DNA of 64,000 nucleotides. Origin: Octopus vulgaris. Taxonomy: Eukaryota. The first letter of the stretch is position 1. Every line of letters starts with the position of its first letter. Shown one piece after another: positions 50,720 through 63,908 of the stretch. Location of the stretch: NCBI GenBank assembly GCA_951406725.2, contig OX597816.1, forward strand, positions 168,826,001-168,890,000, read 5' to 3'. The position numbers and the translations under genes are program-made. The notes beneath the pieces were generated by a model, which saw only the letters and a list, made by a program, of their open reading frames with translations, was not told the DNA's origin and did no database searches.

Positions 50720-52640
50720 TTAAATCAAAATAAGCAACAAGGATATCCACAGGTAATGCAGTATGATCGTTTCATGCAACTCCATTTAATTGAAAAATGC
50801 AATCATTACATCAATTTATCTCTTTCTTAAATGGCTCTACCCTCCTGAACTTAGTATTTATAAGGACCCTTATATAAATAACCCTTCTAAACAAGTACCA
50901 CTAAGAAACTATAAATATCATGTAGGGAGTAACAATAATAACTTCTGAAACCTATAATATAACCCTTAGTTTTTTAAAAAAAGATTAGTGTAAAATAGGA
51001 TTGTTCCATAACTTAAATATTCCTTCACCTGATACCAGACATCAGTCTTTTATTGATACTAGCTAAAGAAGTAAATATATAATTTTTAGTCTAATATATT
51101 TTGAATTATTATACTTTTCCTAAAGTCTTCTCTATTGGTGTTAATAAGTGACATATACTTTACCATAGTATTAGTAATTAAGCTATTTTATTTCCTTTTC
51201 TATGGTGTCCTGCCCTACTTTGTTATTTTATTTTATTTCTTTATTATTTTATAATTAGCCTTTATTTATTTAGGAAATTAATCTAATTTTAGTATCTCTA
51301 TAAATTCATACTTAGCTTATATAAAACTATACTGGTATATTCACTACTTATAAAAAAAACTGCTTAGATTATAATTTTATTAATATATGATTAGTATGTT
51401 CCTTTACCTCAATACTCCTTTATTAATACCAGTATATACCAATTAATCAATATTCGCAGGAGTGGCTGTGTGGTAAGTAGCTTGCTTACCAACCACATGG
51501 TTCCGGGTTCAGTCCCACTGCGTGGCATCTTGGGCAAGTGTCTTCTGCTATAGCCTCGGGCCGACCAATGCCTTGTGAGTGGATTTGGTAGATGGAAACT
51601 GAAAGAAGCCTGTCGTATATATGTATATATATATGTGTGTGTGTATGTTTGTGTGTCAGTGTTTGTCCCCCCTAGCATTGCTTGACAACTGATGCTGGTG
51701 TGTTTACGTCCCCGTCACTTAGCGGTTCGGCAAAAGAGACTGATGGAATAAGTATTGGGCTTACAAAGAATAAGTCCCGGGGTCGATTTGCTCGACTAAA
51801 GGCTGTGCTCCAGCATGGCCGCAGTCAAATGACTGAAACAAGTATAAAGAGTATACCATCTGATGAGTTAGTATTTAAGTGTACATTATGTATAAATATT
51901 AAACTATTTCTGGATAATTTCTTTTCCTCCCTCTATTGTGGTAAAAGTTTGGTGTATACTCAAAAGTATTCATGAATTTCTATCCGTTTCTTACAATATT
52001 CTTCTTAATAATCTCTTGAATAACCCTAAACTTTAACTGTATACAATATAGCAACATTTAACTATAAAAATACATGACTTCTCCTGTTTCATTATCAATG
52101 GTCTGCTAGTGGGCAACCCTCTTAATTGTCAGCTAACATCTTGTTTTAAGTTTTCCTTTACCAAATCTCATGATATTGCTTCTAATAAATCTTAATGTTT
52201 ATGACAATACCAATTATGATGTCTGTCTGCTCCCTCAGCCCTACTCCTAACAGATACTACCCTCTGTTCTCTCAGCCTTAGCTATACAAGGATTTTGATA
52301 AACTAGTCTATAAATTAAAATTGGCCCCATAAAAACAAAAAAATCTGTGACAGGCAGAGTCTGTAACAATGTATATCTTCTTGAAAAGCTCAGTAACTGC
52401 TATGCTGGAGTAAGAACAGCATGTTCTTTGTCTATTTCCTTAACTTCTTGGAGATTTTAGGTATAATTATACTGATGTGTCCATCTGTTCTAATTTAATT
52501 AAATTCTATGTTTTTGTGCAGCTGAAGATTGTTCTACATTTTAAATTGATGTAATGATTGCATTGCTCAATTAAATGGAGTTGCATGAAACGATCGTACA
52601 GCATTACCTCTGGATATCCTTGTTGCTTATTTTGATTTTA
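50720..52640. mobile_element. Element with about 100-bp inverted ends carrying a hammerhead (probably Penelope-derived); SINE B inserted at 51455-51850
   Basis: 50720-50818 is the reverse complement of 52541-52640. Confidence 0.72.
52517..52603 (+). ncRNA. Type I hammerhead motif with a long, eroded stem II
   Basis: UGCAG-CUGAAGA...GAAA-CGAUCG-UA-CAGCA; the inverted arm has the matching CUGCA. Confidence 0.62.
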
Positions 52641-52714
52641 TATATATATATGTATGTATATATATATGTATATATATATATTTATATATATGTATAAATA
52701 TATATATATATATG

Positions 52715-52748
<34 letters not shown>

Positions 52749-52770
52749 TAAATATATATATATATATATA

Positions 52771-53395
52771 TCATCATCATCATCATTTAGCGTCCGTTTT
52801 CCATACTAGCATGGGTTGGACGGTTCAACTGGGGTCTGGGGAGCCCGAAGGCTGCACCAGGCCAGTCAGATCTGGCAGTGTTTCTACAGCTGGATGCCCT
52901 TCCTAACGCCAACCACTCCGAGAGTGTAGTGGGTGATTTTATGTGCCACCGACACAGGTGCCAGACGAGGCTGGCGAACGGCCACGCTCGGATGGTGTTT
53001 TTATGTGCCACCGACACAGGTGCCAGACGAGGCTGGCAGACGGCCACGCTCGGATGGTGTTTTTATGTGCCACCGACACAGGTGCCAGATGAGGCTGGCG
53101 GACGGCCACGATCGGATGGTGTTTGTTACGTCCCCAAAGCACGGAGGCCAGTCTATGCGGTACTGGCTACGGCCACGTTCGGATGATTTTCTTGTGTGCC
53201 ACCGGCACTGGTACCACAAAGATACAAATTCCATTGATGTTCATCTATTTTGATTTGTTTTGATTTGATTTGATTTTCACTTGCCTCAACAGGTCTTCAC
53301 AAGTGTCACAAGAAGGAAGGTATGCACAGGTGGACTGACTACGTCCCAGGTAGGGGCCACGGGTTATGGCCTGACTAGTCTTGCCGGGTCTTCGG
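52771..53395 (-). mobile_element. RTE 3' end with 62-bp tandem units
   Basis: ATGTGCCACC at 52941, 53003, 53065; distal end matches the GAAGACCCGGCA region of the 29455 copy. Confidence 0.9.
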
Positions 53396-53884
53396 ATGGT
53401 ATATATATATATGTATGTATGTATGTATAATATATATACATACACACATACATGTGCATGTATAAAACTAACCTGAATTTGTGTTCCTCATTACAGTTGT
53501 CTATTTTGTTGTCTCTGAAAAAGAAAATAAAAAAAGTTTTTTTTACAAGCAATAGATTTATTTAATGCAGAAACACACACATAATGATATTAATATCGTA
53601 ATATAATGTTGAAGTTAGTAAGGAAATGGATGTTCAATTATTATTATTATTAGCCTGCACGTGTAAGCAAAAGCAGGGTATTATAATCTTTGTCTGTTTG
53701 TCTGTGTTTGCAGAGTTACTGGAAAACGGTTGAACAGGTTTTCACCACACTTGGTAGAAATACTCATTGGGTGAGTGGCTCAAAATGATGGGCATTTGGT
53801 TGGATTTTCTTAAAAAAAAAAATCGAACTTAAAAATTTCCTGATAAGTGTGTATAGATCTTGATGCACCTATACGCATAGATAT

Positions 53885-54290
53885 GTGTGTGTACATACAT
53901 ACATACATAGATATATATATATACAAACATATATATATACGAACATATATATACAAACACACACATACAAATATATATACAAACATATACACACAAATAT
54001 ATATACAAATATATATATATTCAAATATATATATACAAACATATATACAAATATATATATATACAAACATATATTTACAAACACATATATATAAACACAT
54101 ATATATACAAACATATATACAAACATGTATATACAAACATATATATACAAACATATATATACAAACATATATATACAAATATATATATACAAACATATAT
54201 ATACAAACATATATATACAAACATATATATATACAAATATATATATACAAGCATACATACATAGATACATACATAAATAAAAACATACAT
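53885..54290. repeat. (ATATATACAAAC)n-type compound microsatellite
   Basis: Direct inspection. Confidence 0.95.
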
Positions 54291-55143
54291 AGATATGCAA
54301 CTGTGCGTGTACAGTGAGGGATTCGAGGGTTTTGTTTATTTACAATTTGATTTCTTAATTTCACTGGAGTATAAATACCTATAATGATGATACTTAAAAA
54401 AAAACTTTTTTTAATCAAACTTACAAAAAAACCATAAGCAAGTGGTCATATTATCTTGTTCACTTTCTTTTTCTTATGAATCGACCCTCATCTGCATCTG
54501 TATAGATCATGGCATACCTATGCACATAGATACATGTGCATACATACACAGATATACGATTCTTTGTGTGAGTGTGTGTGCACGTGTGCATGCATGTGTG
54601 TACAGTGATGGATTCGAGGATTTCATTCATTTACAGCTTGATTTCTTAATTTCCCCCAAAGAATAAATACCTGTAATGATGATACTTATAAAAAAAAAAT
54701 TAATTCAGTTCAATTAAAATGCATGGGTAAGCAACGCATTGTAAGCCATACTATAATTTGCGAAATAATGCCTTTTTTATCCATTATTATTATTGTAAGG
54801 ACTACTTTCTCAGTTAGTCTTCCAGTTATACCACTGCACCTCACATGTAACCTTAGCTTGCACTCGGTACACCTTAAACAACTTTTCTACATATCAAGCA
54901 GGGCCATCTCCATGAAGGGAGCTATTTTCCTATTTATCAATACTTTGGTCTTTGTTAAATTATTTCCAAAGCCCTTTGATTCCAGCTCTTGGCATCCATC
55001 CACATCACATGACCAAACCAGCACAATCTTCTCCCTTGCACACAGCAACCAATTCCTCTTAACTTTTCTCTAAGAACACTAGTACTCTGTCAAATATGTA
55101 CGTTTAAAGTTCTATATTTAAGAGATGAGGAATTATGTACATT

Positions 55144-55542
55144 ACTCTTTACTCTTTTACTTGTTTCAGTCATTTGACTGCGGCCATGCTGGAGCACCGC
55201 CTTTAGTCGAGCAAATCGACCCCGGGACTTATTCTTTGTAAGCCCAGTACTTATCCCATCGGTCTCTTTTGCCGAACCGCTAAGTGATGGGGACGTAAAC
55301 ACACCAGCATCGGTTGTCAAGCAATGCTAGGGGTACAAACACAGACATACAAACACACATATATATATATACATATATACGACAGGCTTCTTTCAGTTTC
55401 CGTCTACCAAATCCACTCACAAGGCATTGGTCAGCCCGGGGTTATAGCAGAAGACACTTGCCCAATATGCCACGCAGTGGGACTGAACCCGGAACCATGT
55501 GGTTGGTTAGCAAGCTACTTACCACACAGCCACTCCTGTGCC
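55144..55542 (-). mobile_element. SINE family B, full length
   Basis: Family match. Confidence 0.9.
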
Positions 55543-55548
55543 TTATTT

Positions 55549-56105
55549 ATATTATTTACATTATTTATATTTGACGAATAATTGTCCTCATTTTGTTTGT
55601 TCTTAACACAACATTTCGGCTGATATACCCTCCAGCCTTCATCAGGTGTCTTAAGGAAATTTCGAACCTGGGTTCTCGTTCCTAAGGTATTTTTCGCTGT
55701 TGCTGTTGTTATTATTATTGTTATTCAGGCTACTGCCTGGAATCAGACTTGGAATCTTGGGGTTAGTAGCTCTTAACCACTACGCCATATGCACTTGGGC
55801 AATTGTGGAGTAAATAAGCCCTAAAATTCTCTCCATAATTATCCATGAGCATATGGCATAGTGGTTAAGAGCGCGGGCTACTAACCCCAAGATTCCGAGT
55901 TCAATTCTAAGCAGTGACTTGAATAATGATGATGATGATAATAATAATAATAATAACAACAACAACAACAGCGAAAAATACCTTAGAAATGAGAACCCAG
56001 GTTCGAAATTTCCCCCAAGACACCTGGTGGGTATATCAGCTGAAACATTGTGTTAACAAACAAGATGAGGAGAAATATCCGTCAAATGTAAATAATGTAA
56101 ATAAT
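55549..56105. mobile_element. Head-to-head palindromic element: tRNA-like head, (AAT/AAC)n, hammerhead, AT-rich tail
   Basis: Arms about 55549-55810 (-) and 55830-56105 (+); A box TGGCATAGTGG 55854-55864; B box GAGTTCAATTC 55897-55907. Confidence 0.85.
55605..55650 (-). ncRNA. Minimal type I hammerhead ribozyme with intact core
   Basis: GACAC-CUGAUGA-aGGCUGG(AGGGUAUA)UCAGCC-GAAA-UG-UU-GUGUU. Confidence 0.8.
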
Positions 56106-56339
56106 GCACACTTACATTACACATCCAGCGGAGCATACTGGCCTCCTTCCTTTCCAACCTTTGCATGTCCCCTGCATTTAGGGCTCATGTCTCACTACCA
56201 TGTAGAATTGCTGTCTGTATACATACATCATACAATCTTCCTTTCACCCGGAGAGAGAAACTTTCCGTGGCCAACAGAGGTTTCCTCCATCCTATTCTTA
56301 TTCTAGCTATCAAACTCTCCATGTATCCTCCCCACTCCT

Positions 56340-57205
56340 AATTTGGTTCCCTAGGCAACAGAAGTCATCTACTACCTCTAATGAGTCACCAGAATACTTG
56401 AGAAAATCAATTTCCCAAGTTCCTTAAGTTTTTATGGACCCTGTGCATTTTCCACATATGAACTATCTTCTTCGATAACCTTCCTATTAATACATGGCAC
56501 CTCTTGTGTGTCCATAGCTTACACTGGGTACACTGTATGGAGTTCCTGCCAATACCTTTCCTACAAAACGGGGCCACCTACCTGAGGTGGGTAGGGTCCA
56601 GTCAGTTTTTTTTTTTTTGTTTACTAGGACCTTAGTCTGTGCTAAGTTAATCTTAAGGCCCTTAAATTCCAGGTTTTGCTTCCACACCTGGAATTTCTCA
56701 TCTAGCTCTGATATGGAATCTGCTATGAGGGAAAGATGATTAGCATATAGTAGGTCCCAGGGGCTGCATGTCTTGAATTTCTCTGTTATAGCCTGGAAGA
56801 CAATGATGAAAAGGAAGGGACAAAGGCCTGAGCCTTGATGAACCCCTACCTGTACACCAAATTCTTCACTGTACTTGTTAACTCTCACCTTACTAACAGC
56901 ATCTTTGTACATGGCCTGTACAGCTTTCACCAGCCACACATCTATCCCTAGCCTCCTCAGAGCCCACCATATCACACAGCAGGGTACTCTATCAAAGGCT
57001 TTCCCTAGATCAACAAATGCCAGGTATAATGGTTTATTCTTAGCTAAGTACTTCTCTTGCAGTTGCCTGACTACGAAAATAGCATTGGTAGTGCTTATTC
57101 CCAGATAAAGCCAAACTGTATTTCATCTGGCCTAATTCTATTTATTAGGCTATAACTCTTTCTGTAATTTTCATCACTGGATCCAAGAGTTTGATGACTC
57201 TATAA
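56340..57205 (-). mobile_element. RTE LINE RT relic
   Basis: LQEKYLAK, DLGKAFDRVP, GVHQGS.L.PFLF, DLLYANHL. Confidence 0.9.
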
Positions 57206-57499
57206 CTGCACGTACTTGAATTCAGACGTCTCAATGTGGCTTTAACAATTGGTGCGGGGGTATGGCACAACAAGTCTGGACAGGATTAAAAATTGGTAGA
57301 GTAACAGCCCAGAATATACTCCTGCCCAGACTATACCTGGGGCAAGACACAATGAAAATTTTAGGAAAATAAGAATAAGAAATAAGTAGAAATTTTACCG
57401 TTGAGTGTGTTAAGTTATAAGGCAGAAAAAGAAAATGACTTTCCTCAGATACAACTGTGTGTATATATGTATATATATATATATATATATTTAATCTTG

Positions 57500-59950
57500 T
57501 TGCAAGCATGGATGATCGCTAGTGGCGATCCGCCAAACAACATCATCACTGCTGCACTGAAAAACAATGGCTCTTGTAGAACCATTGATCAGATAGAGCA
57601 GAAGAAAAATGAATTCATCTGATCCTATATGTTTATGAGACCACACATTGACACCCTGGATGTCATAATGGAAATCTATTGTGGTGAGGCTGATAAGAAT
57701 AGAGAAAAGGAGACAAAACCTAGAAGTGTCTTTGATCCAGTGGTTCCTCAAAAAAATGTAACCCCTGCCCGTGTGAACAACCAGGCAGAAAAGGATGGGG
57801 GAGCCAAGGAAGCAGTAATCAGAAGCCCCTCTGTGCCAATGGTCCTACAAAGGAATGGAACCCTCACCCCCACTGGACAAACCAGAGGAAAGACATACCC
57901 ACCAGAAGAAAAGAAAGGACAGATCATGAAGAAAGAAAGGGAGAAAAACAAAAAGGAAAAATTAAAATACCCAAAGCCAAAACCCCAACATACCAAACAA
58001 AAAACAGAAAACCCTATGGAGGATCCAATGCAATCCAAAACCCTAGAGGAGGGAAGAAATTTGTAAGACACTCAAGGACCTGCAAATTTTACCTGCAAAG
58101 GCAAATGTTGGCATGGGGAAGGCGACAAAAACTGCCGGTTTGCTCACCCCGACAAAACTACAGGGGCTTTAAGGAGATAAACTTCCCCGAGAAAAGACAA
58201 CAACCGTCCCCAAGGAAAAATATAGGAATGAAGTGCACTCTTCAGAGGTTATGCGCTAGGCAGCAACTGAGCAAGAGTCTTTTTTGTGCATGACGCAAAA
58301 GATTGTGCAGCAGCTGACTTGGCCACACAAAGTGCAAACAAGGAACCTTGCCCACCACTGCACAAGACTACCACAATCAACAGACACGGATGGCATCCCC
58401 TAATGCCTTCACAGTCGTCACACCAATATTTTTACTAAATATTGGGGGCCTTTTGCATCATAATAAAAGCAAAATTTCTTTCCTGAGAGACCCTGCTGCA
58501 TGCAATCAAGCACTATGCATAGCACTCATGGAAACTCACCTCAGCCCTGATATAGAGGATGCAGAAGTACGCGTACCAAAATATGCCATACTGCGAACAG
58601 ACAGAACAGAAAGGAGCCATGGGGGAGTTGCTGTATACATCCATGATGACCTCACACCCCAGGAATTACTGTCATACTCAAATTCGGTATGTGGCACTCT
58701 AATTGTATACATAAGACAACACAATATAGTCATATGCAATACATATTGCCCACCAGATGCTCCAAACCACAAAGGCAAGTTTGAAGATTGCCTCACAAGA
58801 ATTAAAGAAATCCTCATGAAACTGGAACACCATGTGAGCATATTTCTTATGGGTGATTTCAACTTCCCCAACATCAAATGGCCTCATGCTCTCAGGAATG
58901 ACTCATTGCAAACAAGCACAAGTGGTGTCCCTGCTCAACCTCACCAATACCCTATTCATGGAGCAAGTTGTACTCAAACCAACTAGGGCGAATAACATTC
59001 TGGATCTCTGCTTCACGAACAATATCGACATCGTTCATGAAGTGAAAGTGATGCCAAGATTAGTCTCGGATCGCAGCATAATAGCGAAAGAAACAGCCTG
59101 AGTACGCTGCAAGATAGGATCCCTCTTCCAAAAGGATGGCTCCCTCACAGACAGTCCAACTAGGATCAGTGAGGTACTGAATGACCAGTTCAAAAGTGTC
59201 TTTACTACCACCCTGTTGGAACACAGACAAGTGAACGAACCAATGGACTTCTTTGCTGCCTCACCTATAACCAGTGAAGCAGTTACGATGGAATACATCA
59301 ATATTAGCGAAGAAGATATACTACTAGCCATAGATGAAGTGGACACAAACTCAACTGCTGGTCCTGATGGTTTCCCAGCAATCCTCCTCAAATCGTGTAA
59401 GCATGCCCTGGCAAAACCCCTCCAGATTCTCTTCCAGAACTTTCTTGCAAATAGTAGACTGCCAAGCAAGCTGAAGGAGGGAATAATATGCCCAATCCAT
59501 AAAGGGGGAAGCAGAGCCCATGCCAAAAACTATAGGCCTATCTCTCTAACTTCACACATCAGCAAAGTCATGGAATGGATAGTCAGAGGAAAACTAATTG
59601 CATTCTTTGAAGAAAATAACTTGCTGAGTGATACCCAGCATGGCTTTTGACCAGGTAGGAGCTGCCTGACCCAGCTCTTACAACATTATGACTGGGTATT
59701 GAGGCAGTTACTCAACAACTCAAATGTGGATGTAATATAACTTGATTTTGCAAAAGCTCTTGACAAGGTGGATCATGGTATGATATGCCACAAACTGGGT
59801 GATCTGGGCATAGCTGGAAAATTTGGAGAGTGGTTACATGACTTTCTGAAAGATAGAAGTCAGGCAGTCGTAGCTAATGGAGCCACCTCTATGAAAACAG
59901 AAATAGTGAGCGGTGTTCCACAAAGCAGTCTTGGGGCCACTGCTTTTTAA
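57500..59950 (+). mobile_element. CR1/L2-group LINE relic, copy 1 (ORF1 remnant, APE, partial RT)
   Basis: ETHL, RTDR..RSHGGV, GDFNFP, PTR.NNILDL, GPDGFP, NYRPISLTS, QHGF, DFAKA.DKVDH. Confidence 0.9.
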
Positions 59951-59959
59951 GCATGGCCC

Positions 59960-62005
59960 AGAAAATAGTGCATCAACTAACATGGATACAGAGTCAACAC
60001 CATACAAACCACTATCCAAGACCACCACAGATGATGGATCCAGGATGGCCACCACCAACACCAGAGACCCCTGCACAGATATCACACCCATATTCCTACT
60101 GAGTATCTGGGCCCTATTACGAACAGGCGGCAGAGACAAGTTTCTATACCTGAAAGACCTAGCTGCATGCAATCAAGCAATATGCATGGTGCTTACCGAA
60201 ACGCATCTAACATCTAATATAGCAGACGTGGAGATAAACATACCAGAGTATGCCGTACTCCGAACAGACAGAAAAGATAGAAGTCATGGGGGAGTTGCAA
60301 TGTACAGCCGAGAAGATGTCACATCCCTGCTACTCTTATCATGCTCAAACTCTTTCTGTGACACTTTAATAGTACACATAAAACAAATTGATGTAGTTGT
60401 ATGTTTAACATACCATCCACCAAATACCTCAAAGCAGGAGGGTAAATTTGAGGATAGCCTCAGACGCATAGAAGAGGTCTTGACAAATCTGGACCAACAC
60501 ATCAATATACTTTTCCTAGGCGACTTTAACCTCCCAAATGTTAAATAGCCTGAAGGTCACATCCTCTCTGGGATGTCAGTGCATGAACAAAGCCAGGCAA
60601 AATCTTTGTAAGAACTCTCCAACATGCTGTTTCATGGAACAAGTGATACTCCAACCAACCAAGAGAAGCAATATTTTTTAGATCTCTGCTTCACAAACAA
60701 TGTGAGCCTAATCCATAATGTGAAAGTAACACCTACATCTCTTTCAGATCGTAACATTATAGAATAAACAATGTATGATCCTAGGCAACCCACCGACATC
60801 CACCCCATCAGGAGGACTCAAGCCATATCCAACCTGAATTTCCACAGGGCGGACTGGAAGTCAATTTGCAAAGAGATTCGAAATCAAAACTGGCATGATA
60901 GCCTTTCTATACAAGACAACGACCTCAAACCAGGTCATTTTATGTCAACCATACAAGACATATGCAGCTCTTGCAGCATTATGACTGGGTCCTGAAGCAG
61001 CTACCTGACCATTCAAATGTCGATGTGATATATATCTTGACTTTGCAAAAGCCTTTGACAAAGTTGATCAAGGCATGATATGTCACAAGCTGCATAGCTG
61101 GTAAATTAGGAGAGTGACTGCATGACCTCCTGAATGGTAGAAGTCAGGCAGTAGCAGCCAATGGAGAATTATCTAGGGAAACGCAAATATTGAGCGGTGT
61201 TCCACAAGGAACTGGCCTGGGGCCACTACTGTTTATAGTAACCCTTCTGGACATGCCCACGGTCACTCAGACAGCCAATGTCACTAGCTACGCTGATGAC
61301 ACAAAACTATCTCAGGCAATAAAGAATCCTGATGATGTCATAAGCCTGCAGAATGACCTAAGTGCAATATATAAGTGGGCAGAGCAAAATAATATGCGGT
61401 TCAATGCTAAGAAATTTCAAGTACTGCGCTACAAGGCCACAAGTGTCGCCCAACTGGCATACACAGGACCTGCAGGTACTGCAATCCCAGAACCACACAT
61501 AGTGAGAGACCTGGGCATCAGCACGTGTAGTGATGCATCATTTCACATGCACCTTGTCAAGTTGACAGGAAAGTGCTGACAACTGGCAGGGTGGATACTG
61601 AGGACATTCAGAACAAGGTATCAAAAAGTCATGTTGACTCTATGGAAGACATTTGTTCCGAGCCGCCTAGACTAATGCTCTCAGTTGTGGTCACCACACA
61701 GTGTCAAGCTGACAGCAGAACTCGAGACAATTCAGTGTCACTATACAAAAAAAGATCGTCACATCAAGCAGATGAACTACAGGGAGTGACTGAAGGCACT
61801 AAGTCTCTACTCCCTGGATCGCAGGCGGGAGAGATATAGAATAATTTACATATGGAAAATACTGGAAGGACAGGTACCAAACTTTTGCATCAAGTACTAT
61901 ACGAATGCCCACACACATCGCCACTGCATAGTACCAAGGGTGCCGTTCAATGCATCGCACATAAGAACAAGGTACTGCAACAGCCTTGGTTTCAGAGAAC
62001 CTCAG
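59960..62005 (+). mobile_element. CR1/L2-group LINE relic, copy 2 (APE, internal deletion, RT C-terminus)
   Basis: TETHL, GDFNLP, SGVPQGTGLGPLLF, YADDTK, VRDLG. Confidence 0.9.
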
Positions 62006-62011
62006 TATGAA

Positions 62012-63510
62012 TACACATACATATGTATATATATATACATATGTATATGCATACATATGTACATAGATACATATGTACATTCATACATATGTACATAGAT
62101 ACATATGTACATACATACATATGTACATACATACATATGTACATACATATGTACATACATATGTATATACATACATATGTACATACATATGTATATACAT
62201 ACATATGTACATACATATGTATATACATACATATGTATATACATACATACATATGTACATACATATGTATATACATACATATGTACATACATACATATAT
62301 ACATACATATGTATATACATACATATGTACATACATATGTATATACATACATATGTACATACATATACATACATACATATGTACATACATATAATACATA
62401 TGTATATACATACATATGTACATACATACATATGTACATACATACATATGTACATACATATGTACATACATACATATGTACATACATATGTACATACATA
62501 CATATGTACATACATACATACATATGTACATACATATGTACATACATACATATGTACATACATACATATGTACATACATACATATGTACATACATACATA
62601 TGTACATACATACATATGTACATACATACATATGTACATACATACATATGTACATACATATGTACATACATACATATGTATGTACATACATATGTATATA
62701 CATACATATGTACATACATACATATGTACATACATATGTATATACATACATATGTATATACATTGTATACATATGTATATACATACATATGTACATACAT
62801 ATGTATACATATGTACATACATATGTATGTACATACATATGTACATACATATGTATGTACATACATATGTATATACATACATATGTATATACATACATAT
62901 GTATATACATACATATGTACATTACATACATATGTATATACATATATGTACATATATATACCTATGTATATACACATATATGTACATATGTATATACAAA
63001 TATATATATATACCTATGTATATAAAAATATATATATACGCATGTATATACATATATATACATATGTATATACAACATCATCAGTGTCGTTTAACGTCTG
63101 CTTTCTATGCTAACATGGGTTACATATATACATATGTGGTTACATATATATATATATGTACATATATATATACACATATGTATATACATATATATATATG
63201 CATGCATATACATATATATATATATATATGTATATACATACATATATATATATATGTATATTACATATATATATATATATGCATGCATATACATGTATGT
63301 ATATATATATATACATGTATATACATATATATATACATGTATATACATATATATATATACACATACACATGTATATATATACATGTATATACATATGTAT
63401 ATACATGTATATACATATATATATATACACATACACATGTATATACATATACACATGTATATACATATACACATGTATATATATATACACATGTATATAC
63501 ATATATACAC
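62012..63510. repeat. 1.5-kb compound ACAT/ATGT/AT microsatellite
   Basis: ACATACATATGT variants; almost pure purine-pyrimidine alternation. Confidence 0.97.
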
Positions 63511-63529
63511 ATTTTTTTCTCTTTTTTTT

Positions 63530-63908
63530 TCTTTTTACTTGTTTCAGTCATTTTGACTGTGGCCATGCTGGAGCACCGCCTTTAATCGAGCAACTCGACC
63601 CCAGGACTTATTCTTTGTAAGCCCAGTACTTATTCTATCGGTCACTTTTGCCGAACCGCTAAGTGAAGGGGACATAAACACACCAGCATCGGTTGTCAAG
63701 CAATGCTAAGGGGACAAACACAGACACACAAACATATATATATATATATATATACGATGGGCTTCTTTCAGTTTCCGTCTACCATATCCACTCACAAGGC
63801 CTTGGTCGGCCCGAGGCTATAGTAGAAGACACTTGCCCAAGGTGCCACGCAGTGGGACTGAACCCGGAACCATGTGGTTGGTAAACAAGCTACTTACCAC
63901 ACAGCCAC
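63530..63908 (-). mobile_element. SINE family B
   Basis: Family match. Confidence 0.9.

Noticed and set aside
51860-51910. CTGATGA motif
   Set aside because: No properly placed GAAA or stems.
52941-53210. Regular 62-bp repeats resembling a CRISPR array
   Set aside because: No unique spacers or cas genes; part of an RTE 3' UTR in eukaryotic DNA.
61992-63620. Long ORFs (up to 389 aa) on both strands, and similar ones at 53810-54418
   Set aside because: They are microsatellite translations (Y/I/H/T/C/M/V repeats).
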